The notes under the pieces were generated by a model, which was given only the letters and a program-made list of their open reading frames with translations, was not told the DNA's origin and searched no databases. 64,000 nucleotides of DNA from Candidatus Chisholmbacteria bacterium (GTDB lineage: Bacteria; Patescibacteriota; Microgenomatia; UBA1400; Chisholmbacteraceae), in the NCBI GenBank assembly GCA_963704905.1, contig CAVPHZ010000002.1, positions 292,537-356,536 on the forward strand. Reading direction: 5' to 3'. The position numbers were made by a program, and so were the translations under genes. Below are positions 40,173 to 50,664 of the stretch, in pieces; position 1 is the first letter of the stretch; the number at the start of each line of letters is the position of its first letter.

Positions 40173-41291
40173 TTACACGGGCCGTTCAAACAAACCTCGC
40201 AAACTACTCAGGTCAAATCGCCTCACAATATCCTGTACTGTAATCGCCAACAGGAGTGCAAGTAAAAACGCCATCCCAACGGCATGCGTCATCCTCTCAA
40301 CCCGAGCATTAACCCGCTTTCCAATAACTGCCTCCAAAATCACAAACATCAATCTGCCTCCATCTAATGCAGGGATGGGAAGTAAATTAATAATTGCCAA
40401 ATTGACAGACAAGACTCCCACCAATTGAATAAGGGGAGTCAGACCCACATTGGCAACCTCTCGCACAAGAAAATAAATCTCAAATGGCCCACCAATATCG
40501 CGAGGAATTCTACCTGAAAAAACATTTACAATCATCAGCCACAAACCACTCAAAATACTCATCCCCCAATTCAACGCCTCACCCATCCCAAACCTAACAC
40601 CTCGAAACGGCATTTGCCAGATTGGGTAATGGACAAACTCAATTTTAGGTGCGATCACTACTCCCAACGATCCCTGACCCTCAGGAGGATCACGTCTTGG
40701 TAAGGCAACCGTCTCAATGTGCTCTCCACCTCTATCGACCAAGAAAGTTACTTCTTCTCCAACCTGAGCTTCTACTAAACTCTTAAACTCGTCGGTGAGC
40801 AGCACTTCTTCACCCCCAACTGCAATGATCACATCTTCCAGCTCAAAGGCATCGTGTGCAGGTGATTCTGGAGCGATGCCGATCACTTGAACTTTATCGA
40901 TCGGTGTCGGGATACCTAAAACTGAGTACAAACCGCTAAACAGCAGAATTCCCAAAAGAAAATTCATGATGACGCCTGCTGAAAGAACCGCTAAGCGAAT
41001 TCGTTTTGGTTGAGTAAAAAAAGCCACTTTTCGAAGTTCTTCGGTACCTTCAATTTTCTTGATCTGCTCTACATCCTCTGCCTCTTCTCCAAAAAGTCGA
41101 ACAAAGCCTCCTATTGGCAACAAATTTAATGAATAAATTGTCTCTCCAACTTTTTTTCCAATCAGTCGTGGTGGTAATCCAAAGCCAAATTCAAGAACAC
41201 GGATTCCAGCCCGCCTGGCAACAAAAAAATGTCCAGCCTCGTGAACAAAAACTAAAAGCGAAAGAATAGCAGTAAACAATAACAGATCCAT
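40173..41291 (-). CDS. rseP: Site-2 protease RseP (M50) with PDZ
   Basis: HEAGH, GGFVRL.GE, AGV.MN, NLLPIPALDGG. Confidence 0.95.
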   Translation of the reverse strand: MDLLLFTAILSLLVFVHEAGHFFVARRAGIRVLEFGFGLPPRLIGKKVGETIYSLNLLPIGGFVRLFGEEAEDVEQIKKIEGTEELRKVAFFTQPKRIRLAVLSAGVIMNFLLGILLFSGLYSVLGIPTPIDKVQVIGIAPESPAHDAFELEDVIIAVGGEEVLLTDEFKSLVEAQVGEEVTFLVDRGGEHIETVALPRRDPPEGQGSLGVVIAPKIEFVHYPIWQMPFRGVRFGMGEALNWGMSILSGLWLMIVNVFSGRIPRDIGGPFEIYFLVREVANVGLTPLIQLVGVLSVNLAIINLLPIPALDGGRLMFVILEAVIGKRVNARVERMTHAVGMAFLLALLLAITVQDIVRRFDLSSLRGLFERPV

Positions 41292-41297
41292 AGCACC

Positions 41298-41855
41298 TTA
41301 AACGGTTCTGAGCTCCTCTCGTTTCCCTTCACCAAGTTCTTCGATGCGCTTCATAAACTCGTCAGTCGTTTTTTCAAGTTCTGCCATCTTACGATGAATA
41401 TCGTCCTCACTCACTCCCGGTTGACCTTTCATATCCTCGATCATTTTCTTGGTGTCTTGCCTTGCTTGTCGAAGCAGTACTCTCCCGCTTTCTAGCTTTT
41501 GGTTAACAAGTTTTACCAGCTCTTCCCTTCTCTCTTCAGATAGAGGTGGTATAGAAATTCGGATGATATTTCCATCAACAACCGGGCTTATGTACAAATT
41601 GCTTGAAGATATCGCCTTTGCAATGCTTTCCAAAATAGTATCATCCCAAGGTTGAACAACTAAGAGATGTGGATCTGGTGCGCTGATCGTTGCCAATTCA
41701 ATAATCGGCATACGAGATTCATAGACCTCAACTTGAACTTTTTCCAAAAGATCAGGCTTTGCCCTTCCTGTTTTCACCATTGCCAAATCGCCGGAAACAA
41801 TATCAATAACTGCCTCCATTTCTCCTCTGGAATTTTCGATTACGTCACCATCCAT
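41298..41855 (-). CDS. frr: Ribosome recycling factor
   Basis: KTGRA.P, QPWD, PPLSEERR.ELVK, SEDD. Confidence 0.96.
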   Translation of the reverse strand: MDGDVIENSRGEMEAVIDIVSGDLAMVKTGRAKPDLLEKVQVEVYESRMPIIELATISAPDPHLLVVQPWDDTILESIAKAISSSNLYISPVVDGNIIRISIPPLSEERREELVKLVNQKLESGRVLLRQARQDTKKMIEDMKGQPGVSEDDIHRKMAELEKTTDEFMKRIEELGEGKREELRTV

Positions 41856-41958
41856 ACAGAGACATTATATCGAATACCAGAACAAGTAACACCCCTATGC
41901 GTCATAAGTAAAATCAAATAAGCTAAACATGTTCGAAGGATATACTCTAAGCTCCAGT

Positions 41959-42426
41959 TTACTTTTCTCCTAGTTCCCAGCGGAGAAATCGTCCAATTTC
42001 AATTTTCTCACCTGTCTTGGCAACAGTTTCAGCAATCAGATCTTGGATTGATTTAGAACTATCACGAATATAGGTCTGCGAAAGAAGAGCTTTTACATCC
42101 GTAGGTTCCATTGAAGTAACCTGCATGGCAATTTCACGTCCTAGCGAGGCAAAATCATCAGTCCGTGCCACAAAGTCAGTCTCGCATTTCAGCTCCACAA
42201 ACGAAGCAATTTTTCCATTCTGGTGGACATATGATGCAATCAAACCCTCACTCGCGTCCTTGTCCGATCGCTTCTTCGCTTTCGCTAACCCCTTTTTTCG
42301 AATCCAATCCATTGCTTTTTTTTCATCTCCACCACTCTCCTCCAGTGCTCTCTTTACATCCATAACCCCAGCTCCTGACTTCTCACGAAGCTCTTTTATG
42401 ATCTCAATAGAAATAGTTTTTACCAT
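41959..42426 (-). CDS. tsf: Elongation factor Ts (short form)
   Basis: IKELREKSGAGVMD.K.AL, CETDFVA, GEKI.I.RF. Confidence 0.95.
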   Translation of the reverse strand: MVKTISIEIIKELREKSGAGVMDVKRALEESGGDEKKAMDWIRKKGLAKAKKRSDKDASEGLIASYVHQNGKIASFVELKCETDFVARTDDFASLGREIAMQVTSMEPTDVKALLSQTYIRDSSKSIQDLIAETVAKTGEKIEIGRFLRWELGEK

Positions 42427-42436
42427 CGTGTCTCCT

Positions 42437-43237
42437 TTACGACTTCTTATTGGTTATTTTTTTCGATTGCTTTGGTTTCACTTGTCTACTGCTTTTTTTC
42501 TCCGGCACTTGCTTATTGGTCACATCCTTTGGATCCGTCTTTTTTCCTTGTAATGCCTTCCCATCATTGTAAGCTCGGGCTATAGTCGATACCAATAGTT
42601 TAATGGACCGGACTGCATCATCATTAGCTGGAATTACATAGTCCACAACATCAGGATTAGTGTTAGTGTCAACTATCCCCACAACCTTGATATTAGCAAT
42701 TCTTGCTTCTGTCACAGCGACTACTTCTCGATGAGTATCGACGACAAACAGTGCATCAGGTGGTCTGTTTAGTGTCACGATTCCCCCAAAAAATCGTTCT
42801 AACCGACTTATTTCTCGATTGAGGAGCACATTCTCTTTCTTCGTGTATTTTGAATAGGCTCCCTCTTGCATATTCTTTCGCATTTCAAGAAGTCTGTCGA
42901 TACTCTTCTTAATTTGCTCCCAATTCGTTATGGTACCACCAAGCCATCGCTCCGCAACAAAGGGAGCACCTACCGCCTGAGCCTCCTCGCGAATTATCGC
43001 TTTTGCTTGTCGTTTCGTTCCGACCATTAAAAGCGTTCCCCCTCCGGCTACTAATTCTTTTACAAATGTTGCAGCAGCCTCCAAACCTTCAGCGGTTTTT
43101 GCCAAGTCAAAAATATGAACCCCATCCCGGTCTGTATAAATATACGGAGCCATTCGTGGATTCCAGCGTCGAACTTGGTGCCCAAAATGGCAACCAACTT
43201 CCAATAGTTCAGGTAACGTCACATAATAATCACTCAT
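42437..43237 (-). CDS. rpsB: 30S ribosomal protein S2
   Basis: G.HFGH...WNP.M, VGTKRQA, RWLGG..TN, DTN, PANDD. Confidence 0.97.
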   Translation of the reverse strand: MSDYYVTLPELLEVGCHFGHQVRRWNPRMAPYIYTDRDGVHIFDLAKTAEGLEAAATFVKELVAGGGTLLMVGTKRQAKAIIREEAQAVGAPFVAERWLGGTITNWEQIKKSIDRLLEMRKNMQEGAYSKYTKKENVLLNREISRLERFFGGIVTLNRPPDALFVVDTHREVVAVTEARIANIKVVGIVDTNTNPDVVDYVIPANDDAVRSIKLLVSTIARAYNDGKALQGKKTDPKDVTNKQVPEKKSSRQVKPKQSKKITNKKS

Positions 43238-43242
43238 ATGAT

Positions 43243-43310
43243 GTACTCCTTTAATCCTCGCTCTGGCATGTAAGTTTTCTTCAAGGAGTGTATTGCCGAG
43301 AGCTGTGTAA
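43243..43310 (-). promoter_or_regulatory. Putative rpsB (S2) autoregulatory leader with SD-sequestering pairing
   Basis: Stem GCTCT-C-GGCA/TGCC-AGAGC. The loop sequence ACTCCTT is complementary to the downstream AAGGAGT SD. Confidence 0.55.
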
Positions 43311-43401
43311 TAGTCGGTATTGTACGCAACAAACTTGTTGAAATCAATAGTAAGGGTAAAGTGTTGCCATAAATGGAAATTCTAGCTAAGCTATTTATGT
43401 T

Positions 43402-43692
43402 ATGAGATCGAAAGCAGAAGGTGAAACAGCAATCGGAGAGGAAGCGATTGTTAACAATACACTTAAACCTGGTGAATTAGCCAGATGGGTGATAAATAAT
43501 TATCCTGAGGATGATAGCGTCGCTGGTCAGTATTTGTCTACAATTCGATTTCAATTATCAATTGCAGATACTGCCGTCTTACCAAAATCTCAGCTGGCTG
43601 CTCATCTCCTTAGTGCAGATGAAATTGTAGGTAGATTAGAAGTAGTTACCGGTACTAATCTCCGAGACAGAATGAAAGAACAAGAAGATTAA
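43402..43692 (+). CDS. Hypothetical protein
   Basis: 96-aa ORF filling the gap between rpsB and folD, convergent with folD. Confidence 0.55.
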   Translation: MRSKAEGETAIGEEAIVNNTLKPGELARWVINNYPEDDSVAGQYLSTIRFQLSIADTAVLPKSQLAAHLLSADEIVGRLEVVTGTNLRDRMKEQED

Positions 43693-44645
43693 AGGGTATC
43701 CAGCAAATTCTCAAATAACGACACAACCGTAACCGGACCAACTCCACCAGGAACGGGAGTAATGAAACTTGCTTTTTCACAAACTTGCTCAAAATCAACA
43801 TCAGCAAAAGGTTCCCCAACATCAATCACCACTGCTCCATTCTTTACCATCTCACCTGAGATCAGATGAAACTGACCGGTTGCACTAATGACTAGATCAG
43901 CACCGTACACCGCTTCTGGTAATTCCTCCAAACCATGTGTACCGCTGAATTGTTTCCCTTCGCTCACCATAGCCACTCCAGTGGACCCACACAATTTGAC
44001 ATGAAATCCACGCTGTGCCAGCACATGAGCCAGAGGTTTCCCAACCAATTCGCTCCTCCCAATCACAACCGCTTCTTTACCTTTAAGAAATATTTTTGCA
44101 CGATCAATGATGTTGAGCACAGCCCGAACAGTTGCGGGAACTAGAGTCCATTTCCCTCGATAAACTCGGTCAAGATTCACGTTAGTCAAACAATCAACAT
44201 CGCGAGCCGGATCAATCTCAAAGGTAAGCTTCCTCCACCAAGGATCGTATGCTGCATTTTCATCAGACAATGTTCCTACAAGTTCACTCAAATCCTTTAG
44301 CCAATTTCCTGACCGAATTGCCGGTTTCGACAGTGCGTCAGCAAATACCTGTCTTGATGGCTTTTGGATCACAAATCCCTGAATACGCTGATCATGTGAT
44401 TCCTCTCGAATGAAACGTTGGAGTTCGTGAAAGGGTTCAAGAAACGACCTATCTATTGCAGTAAATTGTATACCAATTCGATCTGCAGTAGCTTGCTTGA
44501 GCCTTGTGTACACCAAACTATGCTTATCTTCTTTGAAATAGATGCTTACTATCTGAGGTTGAGATGGAAGCGACAGAATCCTCTCTTTGAGCTTTTTTTC
44601 GATCTCTTTTGCAAACAGATTACCATTGAATAGTACGGCAGTCAT
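43689..44645 (-). CDS. folD: Methylenetetrahydrofolate dehydrogenase/cyclohydrolase
   Basis: S..Y...K, RDVD, PAT, GRSELVGKPLA, VIDVG, TPVPGGVGP.TV. Carries a roughly 30-aa insertion after IQKP. Confidence 0.9.
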   Translation of the reverse strand: MTAVLFNGNLFAKEIEKKLKERILSLPSQPQIVSIYFKEDKHSLVYTRLKQATADRIGIQFTAIDRSFLEPFHELQRFIREESHDQRIQGFVIQKPSRQVFADALSKPAIRSGNWLKDLSELVGTLSDENAAYDPWWRKLTFEIDPARDVDCLTNVNLDRVYRGKWTLVPATVRAVLNIIDRAKIFLKGKEAVVIGRSELVGKPLAHVLAQRGFHVKLCGSTGVAMVSEGKQFSGTHGLEELPEAVYGADLVISATGQFHLISGEMVKNGAVVIDVGEPFADVDFEQVCEKASFITPVPGGVGPVTVVSLFENLLDTL

Positions 44646-44654
44646 GAAACCCCC

Positions 44655-45968
44655 TCAAGCAGGAACAGAGTATTTTGAAGCAAATAATCTAACTTCCTTC
44701 TTAAGTGATTGTAGTTTCCTGTCTTTTTCCAATATCGTACGAAATCCCTTTACAAACCGTTGACGCTTCTCTTTTTCCTCAGGCATTGGCCATTGCTTGC
44801 TATGCTTAATGATTTCGATAATCCAACCGGCAATCTTTTTCATCTCCCGCTCTTTCATTCCGCGAGTCGTAATCGCTGGTGTCCCCATTCGTAGTCCCGA
44901 AGGATAAAATGGCGATCCAGTGTCATATGGAACGGTATTTCTATTCATAATGATGTTGGCATATTCTAAAGCCCAAGCAACAGTCCATCCGGTAAGCCCA
45001 ACACTTCGCAGATCAAGAAGAACTAAATGCTTATCTGTTCCCCCGCTGACCACATCCAAACCGGCGTTCATAAATTCTTTTGCCAAAACCGCAGCATTCC
45101 TTACAACCTGATGAGCATATGTTTCAAACCGTTTTGTCCCTGCCTCGCGAAGCGCAACAGCTATTCCAGCAATGGAATGTAAATGCGGTCCACCTTGTAC
45201 ACCGGGGATGATTGAACGATCAATGAAGGTTCCGAACCTTTTACGGCAAACGATCACCGCTCCACGCGGTCCCCGTAGTGTCTTATGTGTAGTAAACGTC
45301 ACAAAATCAGCCAACGGAAATGGCGATCTCATTGCTCCAGCCGCAATGAGCCCTGCCTCATGCGCAATATCTGCCATATAAAACGCTCCAACACTTTTTG
45401 CAATGTGTGCCATTTTTCTGTAGTTGATCTCTCTTGGATAGGCAGTCCCACCCGTAATGATCATTCTCGGTTTGACTCGCTTAGCTTGCTCAGCCAGCTT
45501 TTCATAATCAAAAACCCGAGTTTTCTTCTCAACATGATAGAAATGAACGTCAAAGATCTTGGAAACCAGCGTCACTTTTTTATCTCCAATATGCCAACCA
45601 TGCGATAGATGTCCCCCGTCAGGCAAAAACATCGACATGATTCGATCCCCGGGTTCTAACATCGCGTTGTATACCACCAGGTTTGCTTCACACCCCGAAT
45701 GCGGTTGTACATTCGCCTGCCAATGTGTTGCATCTAATCCAAATGCTTTTAGCACACGATTCTCACACAGCCGCTCAACCTCATCCACGATCTCATTCCC
45801 CTGGTAATAACGTCTCCCGGGATCACCTTCTGCATATTTATTCATCAGCACCGACCCAACCGCACGCATCACATCTTTCGATGCATAGTTCTCAGAGGGG
45901 ATCATCTGCAGCTGCTCTCGTTGCCGTTTCTTTTCTGCAGCAATAATTGAAAATATTTCATCATTCAT
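44655..45968 (-). CDS. glyA: Serine hydroxymethyltransferase
   Basis: PSENY, NKYAEG.PG.RYY.G, GGHLSHG, TTHKTLRGPRG, SGLR.GTPA.TTRG. Confidence 0.97.
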   Translation of the reverse strand: MNDEIFSIIAAEKKRQREQLQMIPSENYASKDVMRAVGSVLMNKYAEGDPGRRYYQGNEIVDEVERLCENRVLKAFGLDATHWQANVQPHSGCEANLVVYNAMLEPGDRIMSMFLPDGGHLSHGWHIGDKKVTLVSKIFDVHFYHVEKKTRVFDYEKLAEQAKRVKPRMIITGGTAYPREINYRKMAHIAKSVGAFYMADIAHEAGLIAAGAMRSPFPLADFVTFTTHKTLRGPRGAVIVCRKRFGTFIDRSIIPGVQGGPHLHSIAGIAVALREAGTKRFETYAHQVVRNAAVLAKEFMNAGLDVVSGGTDKHLVLLDLRSVGLTGWTVAWALEYANIIMNRNTVPYDTGSPFYPSGLRMGTPAITTRGMKEREMKKIAGWIIEIIKHSKQWPMPEEKEKRQRFVKGFRTILEKDRKLQSLKKEVRLFASKYSVPA

Positions 45969-46179
45969 ACGTTCGCAAGTATATCACGCACATCACGGGT
46001 GTAAAGAAAAACTCACTGAAAAATTCTTCTCAAATAATCTTTATCTTCTTTTTTAAAAGCTATGAAATAAACCGCAATAATTACAGCATCCTTTCTCGCT
46101 ATGAAACCCAAGTACAATTGAAAAATAGAGTAGTCAAATTGTTAACAGAAATTTTTGAAAAAATACCCCACTAACATGG

Positions 46180-47715
46180 TTACTCCCACTCCATCGTCGC
46201 CGGTGGCTTGGAAGTAATGTCATACACCACCCGTGATATATCGGGAACTTCGTTCACTATTCTGGTTGATATCCGAGCCAGCACGTCTTCAGGCAACCGC
46301 ACCCAATCTGCTGTCATCCGGTCAGAGCTGCTAACAGCTCTCACCGCGACAACTTCGCCATAAAATCTGCTATCCCCTTTGATGGCAGTTGTGTTAGTCC
46401 CCGTCATCACTGACCAGCATTGAAACACCTTGGAGTACCAACCGGTTTTCTTCATCTCTTCAACGACTATTGAATCCGCTTCAATCTGCTGGGCTAAACG
46501 ATTTTTAGTAATTGCTCCAACAATCCTCACGGCATGACCCGGTCCTGGAAATGGCTGTTGATAGACAACACCTTTGGGTAACTTCAGTTTCAAGCCAATC
46601 TCCCTCACCTGATCTGTATAATAATATCGAAGAGGTTCTAAAAGCCTCAATTTCATTTTCTTAGGAAGACCGCCGACATTATGATGGCTTTTTATGTGAG
46701 CCGACCGCTTGCTACCCTGTGAATGAATAAAGTCAGCATACGTTGTTCCTTGAAGGAGATAGTTTACGTCTTTGATATTCTTCGTCTCCCTTTCAAATAA
46801 ATCAATGTAGAGCTTTCCAATCACTTTTCGCTTTTGCTCGGGATCCGAAACACCTCGTAACTTTTCTAAAAACTCATTCCTCGCTTTTACAACAGTAACA
46901 CGAACACCAAATAGTCTTGGGTATTCTTTCTCAACTCTCTCTAGGGTACCTTCACGCATCAATCCGCTGTCTATGTAGACAGGATGAAACTGTTTTCCAA
47001 TCGCTCTTGCCACAATGGCACCAGCAACAGAAGAATCAGTTCCGCCGGAAATCGCACCAATAACATGTTTGCTGCCGACTTTTTCTTTTATCTCTTGGAT
47101 CAAATGATCGACATCCAAAGATTTTGGTTGTAATGCCAGACTGCAAATGCGTGTAGTGAATTGACGCAAGATATCTATCCCATAGTCTGTATGACGAACT
47201 TCTGGATGAAACTGTACCCCAAACATGTTGTGCGGTCCTCTCACTGCAGCAAACTTGACACTCCCCGTATCCGCTAGTACTTCGAACCCATCAGGAACAG
47301 CAACAACAGTATCGCCATGCGATTCAAATACTCGAAATTGGTCTGGTAATCCATAGAAAACGTCATTAAAATCCTTCACTCTCAAATCGGTAGGTCCATA
47401 TTCCTTATTACCAGCTGTTACTTTCCCTCCCAGGAGATGTGCCATTAATTGCCATCCATAGCAAATACCTAAAATTGGAATACCAAGAGAAAAGATTCGT
47501 TTATCAATAGTAGGTGCATGGTCTTCATAGACACTGGCTGGTCCTCCGGAAAATATAATTCCCGCCGGACGATATTTCTTAGACAGAGCAACTGCCCTGC
47601 TGGGATCAACCAACTCAGCAGACATTCCAAGATCTCTCAATCGCCTCACGATGAGGTGTGCAGTCTGGCTGCCAAAATCAACTACTATAATCTGCATTTC
47701 GGATGATGATTTCAT
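46180..47715 (-). CDS. guaA: GMP synthase (glutamine-hydrolysing)
   Basis: DFGSQ, GICYG.Q, QFHPEV, SGG.DS, IKSHHNVGGLP, PFPGPG, DITSKPPAT.EWE. Confidence 0.97.
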   Translation of the reverse strand: MKSSSEMQIIVVDFGSQTAHLIVRRLRDLGMSAELVDPSRAVALSKKYRPAGIIFSGGPASVYEDHAPTIDKRIFSLGIPILGICYGWQLMAHLLGGKVTAGNKEYGPTDLRVKDFNDVFYGLPDQFRVFESHGDTVVAVPDGFEVLADTGSVKFAAVRGPHNMFGVQFHPEVRHTDYGIDILRQFTTRICSLALQPKSLDVDHLIQEIKEKVGSKHVIGAISGGTDSSVAGAIVARAIGKQFHPVYIDSGLMREGTLERVEKEYPRLFGVRVTVVKARNEFLEKLRGVSDPEQKRKVIGKLYIDLFERETKNIKDVNYLLQGTTYADFIHSQGSKRSAHIKSHHNVGGLPKKMKLRLLEPLRYYYTDQVREIGLKLKLPKGVVYQQPFPGPGHAVRIVGAITKNRLAQQIEADSIVVEEMKKTGWYSKVFQCWSVMTGTNTTAIKGDSRFYGEVVAVRAVSSSDRMTADWVRLPEDVLARISTRIVNEVPDISRVVYDITSKPPATMEWE

Positions 47716-47732
47716 AGTGATTATTTCTCCCG

Positions 47733-48809
47733 CTATTGAACCAATATGCTGTGCGGACTGGATTCATGAACACCTGCTCGCGAGATACGGATAAATTTGG
47801 CCTTCTCAGCCAACTCCTCAACATTGTGGGCTCCTAAATACGCCAGGCCTGATCGAAGACCGCCAAGCATCTGATGCAAGTGATCTTCAAGTCCCCCACG
47901 ATGCGGTACCAATCCTTCGACTCCTTCAGGAACTAAATTTTTCGTCTGTCCCTTCTTCCAAGTTTGTCCGTACCTGGCAGCACTACCCTCTTTCATCGCC
48001 GCAACCGATCCCATACCTCTGTAGGACTTGTACATTTTCCCTCCGACTTGGATTACATCACCTGGAGCCTCATCCGTCCCAGCCAGTAATGAGCCCAGCA
48101 TGACTGTAGAAGCACCTGCAGCCAATGCTTTAACAATATCACCGCTGGTCTTGATTCCACCATCAGCAATGATGTGGCGCTTAAATTCCCGAGCCGCACG
48201 TACTCCTTCCAAAACTGCAGTAAGTTGAGGTACACCCATCCCACTCATGACCCGGGTCGTACAGATTGATCCCGGTCCCATTCCTACCCGGACAACATCG
48301 GCACCGGCTGTGAATAAAGCCTTTGCCCCTTCATATGTCGCCACATTTCCAGATATGAGCTGGACTTTTGGAAAGCGCTTTTTGATATCACTCGTAGCTT
48401 CAACGACGTGTTTCGTATGACCATGACTGGAGTCTATACAAAGGATGCGTACACCAGCAGAAACAAGTTGTTTAACACGCTCGTCAAAATCATCCCCAAC
48501 TCCTATAGCGGCTCCAACTACTAAATCTTCCTCTATCACTTTTTTCACCTGAGCTGCCTGTTGTTCAATCGAAAGATTTCGGTGGATAATCCCAAGTCCA
48601 CCCAGCTGAGCCAAGGTTTTTGCCATTTGGTATTCCGTGACGGTATCCATTGGAGAAGAGATAATTGGGGTCAGCAGTCGAATCGTTGAACTCAGTTGTG
48701 TGGATAAGTCCGTTTTTGATGGCCGAACCTCAGAATAATTTGGCAATAAAAGGACATCATCATAGGTAAGATATTCATCCATTGATAAAAGATCTGATAA
48801 TTCAGTCAT
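47733..48809 (-). CDS. guaB: IMP dehydrogenase lacking CBS domains
   Basis: [32 protein letters not shown], flap RY (SAARY), PEGVEG. Confidence 0.9.
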   Translation of the reverse strand: MTELSDLLSMDEYLTYDDVLLLPNYSEVRPSKTDLSTQLSSTIRLLTPIISSPMDTVTEYQMAKTLAQLGGLGIIHRNLSIEQQAAQVKKVIEEDLVVGAAIGVGDDFDERVKQLVSAGVRILCIDSSHGHTKHVVEATSDIKKRFPKVQLISGNVATYEGAKALFTAGADVVRVGMGPGSICTTRVMSGMGVPQLTAVLEGVRAAREFKRHIIADGGIKTSGDIVKALAAGASTVMLGSLLAGTDEAPGDVIQVGGKMYKSYRGMGSVAAMKEGSAARYGQTWKKGQTKNLVPEGVEGLVPHRGGLEDHLHQMLGGLRSGLAYLGAHNVEELAEKAKFIRISRAGVHESSPHSILVQ

Positions 48810-49821
48810 TGGTTATAAAACTCGCTTTACGGGCAATCTCATTTACCCGGAGCAAATCCTCCTCTGTTAGTATGTTATTAACAATTAGTCTGCGATATTC
48901 TTCCCGAAGTGAAATCCGCTGCATTTCGGGTCCGTCGGTATTGATGGTAAAGGGAACGCTATGCTGCTTGAGTGTTGCGTATAATTCCCGCATCTGTTCA
49001 TAGTCTCGGAGAAGTTTGGTATTGAGATTCGATGTCGGACATGTCTCAAGCACTATATGATGATCCGCAAGATGTTTCATCAGTCTAGGATCAGTAATGC
49101 AGGCAATCCCATGCCCGATGCGTGCGGGCTCAAAAAGTTTTACAATCTCCCACATCTCCTCAACCGATGTCGCCTCGCCGGTATGCACAGTGACCCCCAG
49201 TCCGTGTTGCTTTGCCTTCTGCACCAAATCAGCAATATCTTTCGGTTCAAATCCTCGGCTCTTCTTGGTTCGTTTCACCGGACCTGCCAAATCAATCCCA
49301 ACCACTCCTCGATGGTGATATTTAATCGCTTTGTTAACTACAGCTTCATTTTCTCTGCGGGAAAAACGTCGATCCATCATCAAAATGATCCCAGCCCTAA
49401 CCGGATATTTGAGCATGGCCCGTTCCATACCCTGCAAAGAAAAAACAATCAGATGATCCAGATCGCGCTCCCCTTGCCGATTACGTAGGATAGGATTAAA
49501 CCGAAGTTCAATGGTCGTAATATTGTTCTTGCGGTATGCCCCGGAAATCGCAACCTGCATCGCCGTAAACAGCGCCTCAGGTGACGACTGAATTTTTTCT
49601 GTCAGATCATAGAGTTTCAGATATTCTTCATAGTCCTTCCGTTTATAAATTGTAATCATTCGCTCAAATTCCCAATAATCTTTAGTTGGCAAACGCAGTC
49701 CCTGTTCATGCGCCATCTCCCACATCATCGTCGGTGAAACAGAAAAACCGACATGCGCATGCAGCTCAGCCAGCTCAACTCCTTTGAGAAAGGAAAGCTC
49801 TTTTGGTAATTGGTTTGGCAT
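48802..49821 (-). CDS. add: Adenosine/adenine deaminase
   Basis: ELHAH, GIDLAG, HTGE, RIGHG, CPTSN, NTD. Confidence 0.88.
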   Translation of the reverse strand: MPNQLPKELSFLKGVELAELHAHVGFSVSPTMMWEMAHEQGLRLPTKDYWEFERMITIYKRKDYEEYLKLYDLTEKIQSSPEALFTAMQVAISGAYRKNNITTIELRFNPILRNRQGERDLDHLIVFSLQGMERAMLKYPVRAGIILMMDRRFSRRENEAVVNKAIKYHHRGVVGIDLAGPVKRTKKSRGFEPKDIADLVQKAKQHGLGVTVHTGEATSVEEMWEIVKLFEPARIGHGIACITDPRLMKHLADHHIVLETCPTSNLNTKLLRDYEQMRELYATLKQHSVPFTINTDGPEMQRISLREEYRRLIVNNILTEEDLLRVNEIARKASFITND

Positions 49822-49847
49822 AGTATCTCCTTAGTAGTCCTCTACCT

Positions 49848-50624
49848 TCAGTCTTTGATAATCTCCTGTCTTTGCAAAGAAAATCCGACATCAAAACCGC
49901 CGAATTGAACGACTCCTCCATCCATCCGCTGAATATCGATGAAAGAAACAACTCGATCCCGTGGTAATCCTATCTGATCTGCAAGTTGTTCAACAACCGT
50001 TCTTCCTCCGGCATAACGTTTATCAACTGCATACGCACAGCCAACCAGCTTCGCCCCTGCTTGTTCTACGATGGAGTAAGCCGAGCTAGTCATTCGACCT
50101 GTATCTAGAAAATCATCAATCCACAGCACCTTATCATCTGGACGAAGTAACTGTTCAGCAACGGCCAAATCAACACCATGTCCACCGGTATACGAAACTG
50201 CATCAGTTCGAAAAGCACCGTTACGTTGTTGAATGATCGTCGGTTTCTTCGGAGCGTAAACAAGAGTTTGCACACCTAGCTGTGTACACATTTCATAGCC
50301 AACAGTGATACCTCCGGAAGCCGCAGTTAGTACAACATCCGGATTCACGTCGCCTAATTTTTCCTTCAGCTCAGACACCATCCCCTCCATGAGAGGAACA
50401 TCAACTCCGTGGTTTAAAAAATGAGCTACATCCAGAATGCACACTTCTCCATCTCCAAAATTATGCCAAAAGGCTGAGCCAAATCGGATAGTAAGCTCCA
50501 TAAATCGTCTTTGTGTTTCTGTCATCTTCGAGGACTCAACCATACTCAGCGCCTCACGAGAAGATACTATTGGCAGTGGTAGAATTCGCTCTTGTTCTGT
50601 TATTACCTGCTCGCTACTTACCAT
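49848..50624 (-). CDS. xpt: Xanthine phosphoribosyltransferase-like
   Basis: LDV.HFLNH.VD, VLT...GGI, SYT, IDDFL.TG. Confidence 0.8.
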   Translation of the reverse strand: MVSSEQVITEQERILPLPIVSSREALSMVESSKMTETQRRFMELTIRFGSAFWHNFGDGEVCILDVAHFLNHGVDVPLMEGMVSELKEKLGDVNPDVVLTAASGGITVGYEMCTQLGVQTLVYAPKKPTIIQQRNGAFRTDAVSYTGGHGVDLAVAEQLLRPDDKVLWIDDFLDTGRMTSSAYSIVEQAGAKLVGCAYAVDKRYAGGRTVVEQLADQIGLPRDRVVSFIDIQRMDGGVVQFGGFDVGFSLQRQEIIKD

Positions 50625-50635
50625 ACATCACTAAT

Positions 50636-50659
50636 AAAAAACCGCAGTCGTGCTGCGGT
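50636..50659 (-). terminator. Intrinsic terminator immediately upstream of the xpt start (attenuator)
   Basis: ACCGCAG-CACGA-CTGCGGT-TTTTT, ending 11 nt before the ATG. Confidence 0.75.
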
Positions 50660-50664
50660 CCTTC

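Noticed and set aside
45969-46179. ZTP/THF riboswitch upstream of glyA-folD
   Set aside because: AT-rich with no consensus stems, and a -10 sits 9 nt from the ATG, implying little or no leader.
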